From contig JAYTHY010000051.1 in assembly GCA_043732185.1 (NCBI GenBank), positions 1 through 35,067 of the forward strand: a DNA stretch of 35,067 nt, read 5' to 3'. The stretch comes from Fibrobacteria bacterium (GTDB lineage Bacteria > Fibrobacterota > Fibrobacteria > UBA11236). Shown piece after piece: positions 18,547 through 28,351 of this stretch. The notes beneath the pieces are model-generated. The model had not been told where the DNA came from and ran no database searches. It was given only the letters and a program-made list of their open reading frames with translations. Each line of letters opens with the position of its first letter. The stretch's first letter is position 1. The translations under genes and the position numbers were made by a program.

Positions 18547-20532
18547 TTGTTGGCTACTTCCCAACGGCTTATCGCCGGTTTGAATCAAGAGCAGGTTTCC
18601 GCCGCCACGGCTGCCATCGGCCCTGTGTTGGTTTTGGCTGGTGCCGGTTCTGGAAAAACTCGCGTACTTGTTACCCGAATCATTCATCTGCTCGCTACGG
18701 TTGCCCAGGGTCATGCGGAAAGCGTGGTGGCACTGACGTTTAGCAATCGCGCAGCTACGGAAATGAAATCGCGATTGAAAGCCTACGCGGGCAAATCTAC
18801 GGATGGCGTTTCCATTTCCACTTTCCATTCCTTGGGCCTAAAGCTGGTGCGGGAATATGCAGAAGCGCTGGGCTTGCAACGCGATCCGACCATTTTGGAC
18901 ATTCATTCCAGACTTTCCATGCTCGTTACTTTGGCGGCCAAGCACGGCGCGAGAAATTCAAAATTTGATCCCATGGATCTGTCTACCGTGTTGGCCAGTC
19001 TCAAAGAAAAGGGACATGTGCCCGCGGATTGTCCGACCGATACACTTTATGGCGCGCGATTACCGCGTATTTATAAGAGTTATGAAAAGGCCAAGTGCAC
19101 GGCAAACATGGTGGACTTCGAAGATTTGATTCGCATGCCGATTCGGTTGTTGCAATCACGTCCGGACTTGCGCGCGTCGCTGCAGGAAAGGTGGCGACAT
19201 ATTTTGGTGGATGAGTTTCAGGACACCAATGGTGCTCAAATGGAATTGCTGCAGTTATTGGTAGGCTCATCCGGCAGCGTTTTTGTGGTTGGTGATGATG
19301 ACCAAAGCATCTACGGTTGGCGCGGCGCCCAAATGCGCAATTTGCTCGATTTCGAAATGCACTTTACCGGAACGAATGTGGTCAAATTACAGGAGAATTA
19401 TCGATCCACAGGCAATATCATTGGCGCCTCAAATGCCGTTATCCACAAAAACACCTTACGTTTACCCAAAGTGGTTTTTACCGGGCAAGCACCTGGTGAT
19501 CCACTTGCCCATTTTATCGCCGAGGACGAAAAAGGGGAAATGGATTGGCTAGTGGCAACCCTTAAGGACCTCAATCGTTCGGAGGGCCTGGATTGGCGGC
19601 AAATGGCCGTCCTAGTGCGAACCAATATTCAGCTGCGCGAAATTATGGATGAGTTCATCATGAACGGTATCCCCTTTTCGGTTAAAGGTGCAAACAACTT
19701 ACTGGAACGGCCAGAAGTCCAGGCGGTCCTTGCTTACGCCAAATTAATGGCGAATCCGCAGGATGAATTATCGTTATCCAAAATTCTTTATTTTCCAAAA
19801 CGGGGGATACCCAAAGATCTTTTAAACTTGATGCCGCGATCCGAGGAACCGGTTTTGCACGCATTGCGCAACCATTGCAAATCGCTCGGCCACCCTTGGA
19901 CAGAATCCCTATTGGCCTTAATAGATGCGATAGAACGGCACGCGGAGCAAGCCTTGGCAGCAACCTTTTACACGCCTTTTGCGGCTTTGTTGAGTTATGC
20001 CGAAGTGGTGGAATGCTTTGCCGAAGGTAGCCGAAAGCGTGAAAATGTCGAAGAATTTCTCCGCCTATTCCAGGATTATGAAAGGCGAAATCCGCAAGCG
20101 CGTCTGGCTGAAGTGTTGGGCGCGTTGGCATTGGGTACATCCATGGAAGAAGACCTTGAAGAAAAGCCCGGCGTGCGCCTGATGACGGTGCATGCAGCTA
20201 AAGGATTGGAGTTTCATACCGTATTCATGCCGCAGCTGGATGACGACACTTTTCCGTCCAAGCCCAATCAAACGGACACGGGCATTGAAGAAGAGCGCAG
20301 GCTCTTTTATGTGGCCATGACTCGGGCCAAGCGTCGGTTGTTCCTATCTTGGCCGGCCACCAAAGTCCATTACCGCGTAGTCCGAGACGTCGTGCCCTCG
20401 CGATTCATCTTTGAAATTCCGGAAGATCGCTGGGATGGGCCCTTGGGCAAGAAGGGCAAAGAGGAAAGAAAGGAGTTCCTGGATAATTTTTTTACCGCAT
20501 TACGCGGCAATTTTTCCGATCAGCAGGTTTGA
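18547..20532 (+). CDS. UvrD/Rep/PcrA-family SF1 DNA helicase
   Basis: AGAGSGKT, DEFQD, VGDDDQSIYGWRGA, NYRS, TVHAAKGLEF, EERRLFYVAMTRA motifs; start uncertain. Confidence 0.95.
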   Translation: MLATSQRLIAGLNQEQVSAATAAIGPVLVLAGAGSGKTRVLVTRIIHLLATVAQGHAESVVALTFSNRAATEMKSRLKAYAGKSTDGVSISTFHSLGLKLVREYAEALGLQRDPTILDIHSRLSMLVTLAAKHGARNSKFDPMDLSTVLASLKEKGHVPADCPTDTLYGARLPRIYKSYEKAKCTANMVDFEDLIRMPIRLLQSRPDLRASLQERWRHILVDEFQDTNGAQMELLQLLVGSSGSVFVVGDDDQSIYGWRGAQMRNLLDFEMHFTGTNVVKLQENYRSTGNIIGASNAVIHKNTLRLPKVVFTGQAPGDPLAHFIAEDEKGEMDWLVATLKDLNRSEGLDWRQMAVLVRTNIQLREIMDEFIMNGIPFSVKGANNLLERPEVQAVLAYAKLMANPQDELSLSKILYFPKRGIPKDLLNLMPRSEEPVLHALRNHCKSLGHPWTESLLALIDAIERHAEQALAATFYTPFAALLSYAEVVECFAEGSRKRENVEEFLRLFQDYERRNPQARLAEVLGALALGTSMEEDLEEKPGVRLMTVHAAKGLEFHTVFMPQLDDDTFPSKPNQTDTGIEEERRLFYVAMTRAKRRLFLSWPATKVHYRVVRDVVPSRFIFEIPEDRWDGPLGKKGKEERKEFLDNFFTALRGNFSDQQV

Positions 20533-20579
20533 AGGATTATGCCTAACTTTAAGCCAGGATTCCAATCAAAGGTAAAAAG

Positions 20580-21041
20580 ATGAAAATCCGGTTAGTGTGC
20601 GTCGGCAAGATGTCCAAGGGGCCGCTACTGACGCTGGTCGAAGACTACCGGAAAAGGCTGGAGCGGCTGTGTGAATTGGAAATAGTTGAAGTCAAAGACG
20701 GGGATGAGAAGGAGGGTGCAAAAAGACTCGCCCGAGAAGGAGAAAGGATTCGTATAGCGGCAGAGCCCTTATCCGAATGTATTTTATGGGACGAGGGAGG
20801 CGAGTCGCTGGGTTCTAGGGAATTCAGTCAATGGATCGACAAGTTGGAAAACAAATCGACCAAACGGTTGACGTTGATTATCGGGTCCTCGCACGGGATT
20901 GCGGACGCGCTTAAGGCGGCTATTCCCCGCAAACTACAACTGAGCGGATTTACTTTGACACATGAATGGGCACGGGCCCTGGCGCTAGAACAACTGTACC
21001 GAGCCTATTGCATTAAGAAAAAAATTCCCTACCACCATTGA
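20580..21041 (+). CDS. rlmH: 23S rRNA pseudouridine-1915 N3-methyltransferase
   Basis: MKIRLVCVGK, IIGSSHG, TLTHEWAR..LEQLYRA, C-terminal PYHH. Confidence 0.95.
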   Translation: MKIRLVCVGKMSKGPLLTLVEDYRKRLERLCELEIVEVKDGDEKEGAKRLAREGERIRIAAEPLSECILWDEGGESLGSREFSQWIDKLENKSTKRLTLIIGSSHGIADALKAAIPRKLQLSGFTLTHEWARALALEQLYRAYCIKKKIPYHH

Positions 21042-21048
21042 AAGAAAA

Positions 21049-22686
21049 ATGACCGGCAATCAAAAAGAAGTACAGGCCACTACGGCTTATGTTTTGCGCG
21101 AACTCGCCATATCCGTTGCCGTTGCCAAACCGGATTTGGCCGGGAGTATCGCGGGGTTTCTGCGGTTGAAGAAGGATCACATTACCGGTGTGCGCATCGT
21201 GCGTAAATCACTGGATTCCCGCAAGCGCAATCAACCCGTATGGCGCTATACCGTCGAGTTCTCTTTTCCAGGAAACATTAAACATCCCAAAGTCCTACTG
21301 GCGGCTGCCGCTGGAAAATCCGGGCCCATTCCCGTCGCAACCTATCGGGCCAGGGGAAATCGCGTTGCCGTTATCGGAAGCGGCCCAGCGGGCTTAGGTG
21401 CGGCCTTGGCATTGGCTCGCAAAGGTTTTGCCGTGCATGTTTTTGAGCAAGGGAATGAAGTGGGGAAGAGGTTTGGAGATATTCGCCGCTTTATGAAGGG
21501 CGATCAATTCAATCCTTATTCGAACATTCTTTTTGGTGAGGGCGGTGCCGGTACTTTTTCGGATGGAAAATTAACTTGCCGGACGCGCACACCTTATACG
21601 GAGGCTTTTCTCCGGGAGCTTGTGGCATCAGGTGCGAATGAGAATATCACTTACCTATCCCATCCTCACATCGGCTCAGATCAGCTGCAATTCATCATCA
21701 AAGGATTTCGTGAACAATGTGAAGCGGCGGGATGCCGGTTCCATTTTAATGCTCATGTCTCTGACCTTCTCTTTTCCGATGGTAGGATTTCCGGTATCTT
21801 GAGCGGCGGCGTAGAAGAGAAATTCGATGCGGTTGTGCTGGCAGCAGGGCATTCTTCTCTAGCGCTGTATCATAAGTTACGGGAGCATGGAGTGGCCATG
21901 GAACGGAAACCTTTTTCCGTTGGAGTGCGCGTGGAACATCCACAGTCCATGGTTAATGCGCGCCAACTGGGCGATCGAGTGGATACCTGCTTGACTGGGG
22001 CAGCAGAATATTATTTGACTTGGAATGCCGAAGCAGAAGGCTTATCCGCCTATTCTTTTTGCATGTGTCCGGGTGGCTTAGTTGTCCCGTGCGCGGATGC
22101 AGAAGATGGATTGTTTACCAATGGCATGAGTTATTCCAATCGCGCCGGCGCCTTTGCCAATTCGGCTGTGGTGGTGCCTATTGCTCCACAAGATCTCCCG
22201 GGAGATGCCGTTCTCGCTGGATTGGAGTACATCCGCGACTTGGAGGTGAAGGCGTTTGCCATGGGTGGGGGAGGGTTTACTTATCCTGCGCAAACCATAC
22301 AGGCCTATATGGAAAATCGTATTGATACGAGCGAGATCCCAAAGACGTCCTTTTCAAAGCCGCTCAAGTGGGCAAATTTTAGGGATTTATTTTCGCCTAA
22401 GGTGGCTTTGGCTTTGCAAGAATCGTTTCGCAACTTCGATCAGAAGCTGCCCGGATTCATCGCAAAAGGATTGATTATCGGTCCGGAATCACGCACCTCC
22501 TCTCCCGTCAGAATTTTGCGCCATCCAGTGACGCAAGAGTCCCTGTCTACCCCTGGATTATTTCCTTTAGGTGAGGGGGCCGGATATTCCGGCGGGATTG
22601 TCTCTTCCGGAGCCGATGGCTTACGCATGGCCGAAGCCTGGTTGCCGGCGGAATTAGCATCTCAACCCGGTAAGGATGGAATCTAG
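21049..22686 (+). CDS. Conserved FAD/NAD(P)-dependent oxidoreductase of uncharacterized function
   Basis: VIGSGPAG, FGEGGAGTFSDGKL, FCMCPGG, NGMS, ESRTSSP, GEGAGYSGGI motifs. Confidence 0.9.
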   Translation: MTGNQKEVQATTAYVLRELAISVAVAKPDLAGSIAGFLRLKKDHITGVRIVRKSLDSRKRNQPVWRYTVEFSFPGNIKHPKVLLAAAAGKSGPIPVATYRARGNRVAVIGSGPAGLGAALALARKGFAVHVFEQGNEVGKRFGDIRRFMKGDQFNPYSNILFGEGGAGTFSDGKLTCRTRTPYTEAFLRELVASGANENITYLSHPHIGSDQLQFIIKGFREQCEAAGCRFHFNAHVSDLLFSDGRISGILSGGVEEKFDAVVLAAGHSSLALYHKLREHGVAMERKPFSVGVRVEHPQSMVNARQLGDRVDTCLTGAAEYYLTWNAEAEGLSAYSFCMCPGGLVVPCADAEDGLFTNGMSYSNRAGAFANSAVVVPIAPQDLPGDAVLAGLEYIRDLEVKAFAMGGGGFTYPAQTIQAYMENRIDTSEIPKTSFSKPLKWANFRDLFSPKVALALQESFRNFDQKLPGFIAKGLIIGPESRTSSPVRILRHPVTQESLSTPGLFPLGEGAGYSGGIVSSGADGLRMAEAWLPAELASQPGKDGI

Positions 22687-23746
22687 CATGCTCATTGAAG
22701 TGCCCGTAAATATCAACGATGCCGGCCAGAGGGCGGAACGATTTCTCCGCAAGTATTTCCCTTTCATGAGTTTGGATAGGCTTCAATCTTTATTTCGTCG
22801 AAAGGAAATTAAAATTGCGCGTAAGCCCATTCAGCGTGAGTACAAATTGCAACCCGGCGATTTTTTGCAAGTCTACGGTGTGCGAGAAGAAGATTTGGTA
22901 GAGCCCAAGCTTGGGGAAGAGCATGCCGTTACACAAGGGGATGCTCGACCCCGGGAGCCTATATCAGCTCGCCCGGCTCGCGCGTCCAGCAAACCACCAG
23001 CGTGGGTGCAATCCTTTTCCATTCCCATTCTTTTTGAGGACAAAGAATTACTGGTGTTGGATAAGCCTTCCGGAATGGCCGTGCACCCGGGAACCGGAAT
23101 TTCGACCGGGGATTCACTCATCGAAAAAGTTTGGGAATATCTCGCCATCGAGCGCACACCGGGAGAATTGTTCCAACCTTCCCTGGTGCATCGGTTGGAC
23201 AAGGATACCTCAGGTGTCCTCGTGGTAGCTAAAACCGGTGGCTGTTTGCGGCGATTGAATTCTGCCATGCGTGAAGGGGCTTTCAAGAAACGGTATTTGG
23301 CATTAGTGGAAGGAACCATGAGTCCGCCGATGGGCGAAATTTCCGGTATGCTGCATCGAGTTGACAGCCGTGATGGGGGAGCCAAGACTATGGTGGCGGA
23401 ACCGGATGGGGAAGGGAAATGGTCCATAACCCGCTATAAAACGGTCAAAGAATTCGAGAATTTCAGTCTGTTGGGAGTTATCATTGAAACAGGTAGAATG
23501 CATCAGATCAGAGCACATTTTGCGCATGTGGGACACCCATTGGCTGGCGATTCCCGCTATGGGGATTTTGAAAAAAACCGAACCTATCGCAAAACCTTGG
23601 GATTGAAACGCACCTTTCTCCACGCTGCCGATTTGGATGTGGATCTCGGAAAAGGCGGCAAGGTCTCTTTTCATGCTCCACTGCCTTCCGATTTGTCCAA
23701 AGTAATTGAGACGCTGAATAATCGGGGATCCGTATCACTTCCCTAA
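22676..23746 (+). CDS. RluA-family pseudouridine synthase with S4 domain (RluC/RluD-like)
   Basis: N-terminal S4-like domain, KPSGMAVH, HRLDKDTSG, TGRMHQIR, FLHA; start may be ATG 22688. Confidence 0.93.
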   Translation: MESSMLIEVPVNINDAGQRAERFLRKYFPFMSLDRLQSLFRRKEIKIARKPIQREYKLQPGDFLQVYGVREEDLVEPKLGEEHAVTQGDARPREPISARPARASSKPPAWVQSFSIPILFEDKELLVLDKPSGMAVHPGTGISTGDSLIEKVWEYLAIERTPGELFQPSLVHRLDKDTSGVLVVAKTGGCLRRLNSAMREGAFKKRYLALVEGTMSPPMGEISGMLHRVDSRDGGAKTMVAEPDGEGKWSITRYKTVKEFENFSLLGVIIETGRMHQIRAHFAHVGHPLAGDSRYGDFEKNRTYRKTLGLKRTFLHAADLDVDLGKGGKVSFHAPLPSDLSKVIETLNNRGSVSLP

Positions 23747-23769
23747 ATCCCAATCTAGGAGCCTCCTCC

Positions 23770-26481
23770 CTGGTTGCCGTCCAAGTAGGTGGCAGACTGG
23801 GAAAGTACGTTATCCTTTCTGAGTTGGGTCGCGGCGGTATGGCGGTTGTTTTCAAGGCCCACCAGCCTGATCTCGATCGACTGGTAGCTATCAAAGTTCT
23901 TTTCGGTGCTGTACTGCAACAACGCTTTGTGGAACGGTTCCAGGCGGAAGCCCGCGCGTTGGCCAAAATGAATCATCCCAATGTGATCCGAATCTTTGAG
24001 GTTGGCGAACAATCCGGCATCCATTATTTGGTTATGGAATACATTCAGGGTGCGGACTTGCTTGCCTATTTGCATGAAAAGAAACCCAGTTTCAACGATG
24101 TAATTGAAATCGTCAGTCAGGTGGCTGAGGCACTTGCATATTGCCATCACCAGGGAATCATCCACCGGGATTTAAAACCGACCAATATCCTGATGCGGGG
24201 TACCACTCCTATTGTCATAGATTTCGGACTTGCAAAATCCGTGGACCCGGCGCTTGATGTTACCTTGACCCTGACGGGTGAAGTCGTGGGTTCACCCGCC
24301 TACATGTCGCCGGAACAGGCGCAAGGTCAACTGGTGGGAACTTTTTCCGATATCTGCTCGCTGGGCATCATCATGTACGAATTGATTTCGTTCAAGAACC
24401 CCTTCCTGGATCCTCGTTCCTTGCATCAAACTGCGCTAAATGCCATCAAGGCCGAACCGGTACCGCTGCGTTACCTCACTCCCTGGCTCGATCAGGACTT
24501 CGCCGCGATTGTCAGTACGTGCATGGCGCGCGACTACCGGGATCGCTACCAAAGTATCGATATGGTACTCAAGGATTTGTACTCGTATCGAAACGGAATG
24601 CCCATACTGGCCAAGCCTCCCAGTACCATGAACTTGGCATGGCGATTCATCAAGGCCAATCCGATTCTCTATTTAGGAGCAGGATTCTTGTTGGTCATGG
24701 CGGGCTTGATACTGGGCTTTATCAGTATCCAGCAAAAGAGTAAAGAGGAGCCTTGGGGCCTGGTTCAGGAAGAAACTTTTTCTAAGGTAGATTCCGGTTT
24801 GAAGTTCCAATCTTATGATCGAGTCGGCAACTCCTGGCAGTCTTCCACATCCTGGAAAGTGGCACGCGGCCGCTTGGAGGCTTTTTCCACGGGTCAATCT
24901 TTTGTGGTTGCCAATCAGGAGTTCTTCGGTGATGTTAAGATCGAATTTACCGTAAAGGGACTTAACGGCAGCAATAATGACTTCAACGCCTTCCTATTCG
25001 GGTCCACTCCTGAAGAAGGATTCCGGTTTTCGCTCGGCGAATGGGGAAGTTCTGACGCAACCATTGAATATGGTGGCTACACCCGTTACCCCTTCCATCC
25101 CACTCCGGTAAAGTTGAACAGCGGAGTCACCTACAAAGTTACGCTGCTCAAGGAACGGGACCTGCTCAAGTTCTACTTGAACGATGTGCTTCTCGTCAGT
25201 CGGTTTTATACCTTGCCCGTCAAAGTGGAACGCGGCAGTCGCTTCGGGTTTTACACTTGGAACTCCAGTCTGGCCATCGATGATTTGCGTATTTACAAAA
25301 AGGCCGTGGCTCTATCCGCCAAGCCAACTGTAGTTGCCGATGCGTACCTGGAAGAAGGTTTCATTTCAAATAGCATACCCGCGTATAAACATGTGATTGA
25401 TGCCTATCCCAATCGAAGCATCAGTTATGAAGCCCATTTAAAAATGGGAAAATGTTTTATGGTGCTTAAAAATTACAGTCAGGCGATTCAAAACCTCACC
25501 CTTGCTGCCAGTCATTCCAAAGATCCGGAAGTTGTGCCGGAAGCCCTCTTTCACCTGGCCCAATGTTATTTCGATTTGGGTAAGCCGACATTGGGATTTG
25601 ACAGGCTGAAGCTCTTGCCCGCATCGTACCCGGAATCGGAAATGAATGAAGTCGTTGTTCAATCCCGCGTGGAAGCGATTTACCTTTGTCTGAATAGCGG
25701 CGAGAATCCCGATCATTGTGCCTCCAAAATGGTAGATGAATTCCATTTTCTGATTGAAGTTGAAGATGGCCGGAGGCAGTTATTCGGTCGGTACTACGCC
25801 GATCTGACGGAGATTTTTCGCAGACTTGGCCAAACCATTCCTCTACAGAACGCCCAACATCTGCTGACTTATTTTCAAGAGAATGAGGACATTACCGCTT
25901 CCCTACACTTGACATTAGCCCGGTACTACGTAGGATTGGGAGACATGGCCAATGCCAATTTGATGCTGGAGGGGATGCCTCACAGTGAAAACCAAGCTCG
26001 GGAGATCAAGGCCCAGAGCGATTTTTTAACCGCCCAGATTTCCTTTCTAAATGGGAAAAACTCGCGTGCGGCAGAGCTGTATGAAAGTACCTATCGTCAA
26101 TTCAATTCAATGAATGGCTTGGCCTTCAAATGCATGCTGCATTCCATGGTCATCAAAGCCTTGGTGGATATTCCCGTTTTAGCTATGGATAATACTCTTT
26201 TTCTCAACGAAGCGGTTTCACGAAAAGAGCGAATCCAGCTCAGTTATGTGGCCGATAAACTTCAGTCGAACGCTATCGATGGCAATGTACCCGCGGGAAT
26301 CGGTCCCCTGGAATCGCTTGAAGATGCATTGGTCGCATTCTTGAAAATCAACGCCACAGAAGGACCAGCCAAAGTCGCCGCAAATGTTTCTGTATCCTTG
26401 TCCAGATTCCCCAAGAATTCATTTGAGTATTACTATTTGGAGTTCCTGCTTAAGCGTTATAAAGAGGAAAAAAGAGTCTGA
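23770..26481 (+). CDS. Hanks-type Ser/Thr kinase with TM helix, ConA/LamG-like beta-sandwich and TPRs
   Basis: GRGGM, AIK, HRDLKPTN, DFG, SPE motifs; TM ILYLGAGFLLVMAGLILGFISI; TPR-like ALFHLAQCYFDLGK. Start placed at CTG 23770 (see findings); the track uses TTG 23824. Confidence 0.9.
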   Translation: MVAVQVGGRLGKYVILSELGRGGMAVVFKAHQPDLDRLVAIKVLFGAVLQQRFVERFQAEARALAKMNHPNVIRIFEVGEQSGIHYLVMEYIQGADLLAYLHEKKPSFNDVIEIVSQVAEALAYCHHQGIIHRDLKPTNILMRGTTPIVIDFGLAKSVDPALDVTLTLTGEVVGSPAYMSPEQAQGQLVGTFSDICSLGIIMYELISFKNPFLDPRSLHQTALNAIKAEPVPLRYLTPWLDQDFAAIVSTCMARDYRDRYQSIDMVLKDLYSYRNGMPILAKPPSTMNLAWRFIKANPILYLGAGFLLVMAGLILGFISIQQKSKEEPWGLVQEETFSKVDSGLKFQSYDRVGNSWQSSTSWKVARGRLEAFSTGQSFVVANQEFFGDVKIEFTVKGLNGSNNDFNAFLFGSTPEEGFRFSLGEWGSSDATIEYGGYTRYPFHPTPVKLNSGVTYKVTLLKERDLLKFYLNDVLLVSRFYTLPVKVERGSRFGFYTWNSSLAIDDLRIYKKAVALSAKPTVVADAYLEEGFISNSIPAYKHVIDAYPNRSISYEAHLKMGKCFMVLKNYSQAIQNLTLAASHSKDPEVVPEALFHLAQCYFDLGKPTLGFDRLKLLPASYPESEMNEVVVQSRVEAIYLCLNSGENPDHCASKMVDEFHFLIEVEDGRRQLFGRYYADLTEIFRRLGQTIPLQNAQHLLTYFQENEDITASLHLTLARYYVGLGDMANANLMLEGMPHSENQAREIKAQSDFLTAQISFLNGKNSRAAELYESTYRQFNSMNGLAFKCMLHSMVIKALVDIPVLAMDNTLFLNEAVSRKERIQLSYVADKLQSNAIDGNVPAGIGPLESLEDALVAFLKINATEGPAKVAANVSVSLSRFPKNSFEYYYLEFLLKRYKEEKRV

Positions 26482-26510
26482 TTCGGCACTATCCCTTCTC
26501 ACGCCTTATT

Positions 26511-27344
26511 TTGAAACTATTTCCTTGCTTACTACTGGGCTGCTGCTTGTTTTTGGCCTCTTGCGAATTCAAAACATATCGGCTCGTTTACCGATTCGAT
26601 CATAAAAACGAGTACCGCATTGAATACTCCGCTAGCCTTCAGGGAAAACAGGAAGGGAGGTTGGGTGGCCATCGCTACCGGACCACCGCAGATGCTGTCT
26701 TTATCGTCCGAGAATCCTTCGATAGCGCGAAGGGTCAAGTCGATCTTGGAATGACGATTGAACATCTTGAATTTCATAGTGCAGAGAGGGCAAAGGACGA
26801 AGACGCTTACATGACCGGGCTGCTGAGTAAGTATCACATGCATGTGCTCGCAACCAATCGAGGTCAAGTATTGTCGATGACCGAAGAGCCTCATTTGCCT
26901 CCGGTGGAATTTTCACCGCTTAATTTTGGGCGACTGCTCCTTTTTGCACTGGCGACCTTTCCTGACTCGGATCTCAAAGTTGGCGGACACTGGGAGTCGG
27001 AACAATCCCTTTTGGATTCGTTTCACCCGGAAGCGAGGCTGAAGAGGTCTTTCAAGCTAACCTTAGTCCGGGAGGCGACCCAAGGATCCATTGCGGAAAT
27101 TGAAGTCGTTTTTAAGGCTTTTCTGGAAGCTGGGCTTGGCCATTCGCCTGCCGACAGCCTTTCCAACTTATCGGGCAAGGGAAAGCTGGAGTTCAACTTG
27201 AATACCGGCCACTTGATTTTTTCGGATTTAAGGATGGAAGGCCATTTTATGGGCCAAACGGCGGACAAGGCTACTGATTCCTCACAATTTGAGACCCTAC
27301 CCTTGTACCTGCAGGAAAACCTGCGCCTCCACTTTTCCGAGTAA
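26511..27344 (+). CDS. Putative lipoprotein, beta-rich, unknown function
   Basis: MKLFPCLLLGCCLFLAS-C lipobox; TTG start. Confidence 0.7.
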   Translation: MKLFPCLLLGCCLFLASCEFKTYRLVYRFDHKNEYRIEYSASLQGKQEGRLGGHRYRTTADAVFIVRESFDSAKGQVDLGMTIEHLEFHSAERAKDEDAYMTGLLSKYHMHVLATNRGQVLSMTEEPHLPPVEFSPLNFGRLLLFALATFPDSDLKVGGHWESEQSLLDSFHPEARLKRSFKLTLVREATQGSIAEIEVVFKAFLEAGLGHSPADSLSNLSGKGKLEFNLNTGHLIFSDLRMEGHFMGQTADKATDSSQFETLPLYLQENLRLHFSE

Positions 27345-27396
27345 AACCGACTTCTGGGGGGCGAAGATCGAGCATCCGTTTTTAGGGGTCTTGGAG

Positions 27397-27426
27397 TTGG
27401 ACCGGGAACGGATTATCTAATATATT
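27397..27426 (+). promoter_or_regulatory. Possible sigma-70 promoter for the three-gene cassette
   Basis: TTGGAC-N18-TATATT in the 92-bp gap, ending 10 nt before TTG 27437 (no SD, so possibly near-leaderless). Confidence 0.35.
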
Positions 27427-27436
27427 TGGACTCCTA

Positions 27437-28351
27437 TTGAGCCATCGATTGTTCCAGACCTACCAAGCCTTTACCTCCAAAGTCTGGCAACAGAATGCGG
27501 ATGCATCAACCGATCCCCGCCGAATTCTGGGTTTTGTTTCAAGTCTTACGGACCCGAACCACACGGTCCTTTTGCGCGCACTCCTGGATAGGGAACATCA
27601 ATTCCGTCAACACACATCCAGCCTGGAAGGTGTGTCGGATTTGTCGGCAGGTCCAAAGGCTTATGCCTTGGCGCAAGATCGCCTCGAGTGGGTTAAAGAA
27701 GAAAACGGTTTGAAATTCTTTGAGTTCCGGGAAAAATGGCGTAAGCGTTTGGCTTTTGTACAGCTCCATCCCTTCCTGCAGAGAAACCAATGGTTTGTAA
27801 AGAATGATGCAGGGTTCGTCGTGTTGGGCAAAGGTACACGCAAGGAAAGCAAAATGCTGTATTTGCAAACCTTGCACGATATGGCTTCAGATGCGGAGCG
27901 GCAGGTCTCTTCCATCACCGGACATTTATTCCGGTTGCAAACGGAAGTTGCCACGGTTTGGCACCAGGAATCGGTTACCGACGACCGCAGCCGGTTATTG
28001 CCGGTTCTTGAAGAAGCGTTGCGGCCGGGCGAGGCGGAAATGTGCAAACGCGTTCGTCTGTCCATCGGTGATTTGGCTTCGGAGACTTTTATCGATCGCG
28101 TAGGAAAATGGGATAAGCGCAGCCATGCCACGGAAGCGGAATTGTTCCGTCAAATTGCCTGGCCATGGTATCATGCCCGTTACTCCAGCGGTTTTGAAGG
28201 CTTCATGGAATCTTTCGCAGATTTGGTAGAAGCCGTGAGCAATTCCATGATCAGGCATTATCAAGGCAAATGGGACCTATTCCTACGCGGATTAGCGCCT
28301 TTGGCAGACACGCCACCACAAATTTCATCGGGAGAAATAATCCATGTCTAA
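27437..28351 (+). CDS. Helical hypothetical protein, tentatively a distant DUF3348 (Zorya III accessory) relative
   Basis: 304-aa ORF overlapping the next gene by 8 nt; the helical pattern is colinear with recalled DUF3348 consensus; position upstream of the ZorA-like gene. Confidence 0.5.
   Translation: MSHRLFQTYQAFTSKVWQQNADASTDPRRILGFVSSLTDPNHTVLLRALLDREHQFRQHTSSLEGVSDLSAGPKAYALAQDRLEWVKEENGLKFFEFREKWRKRLAFVQLHPFLQRNQWFVKNDAGFVVLGKGTRKESKMLYLQTLHDMASDAERQVSSITGHLFRLQTEVATVWHQESVTDDRSRLLPVLEEALRPGEAEMCKRVRLSIGDLASETFIDRVGKWDKRSHATEAELFRQIAWPWYHARYSSGFEGFMESFADLVEAVSNSMIRHYQGKWDLFLRGLAPLADTPPQISSGEIIHV

Noticed and set aside
18547..20532. Helicase as a defence component (e.g. Gabija GajB or Zorya ZorD)
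   Set aside because: It has canonical full-length UvrD/Rep motifs, no adjacent OLD nuclease, is not SF2/SNF2, and sits in a housekeeping context.
26511..27344. Lipoprotein as a substitute ZorB
   Set aside because: It has no MotB-like TM with Asp and no OmpA-type peptidoglycan-binding motif, and it is separated from the cassette by a promoter-like gap.
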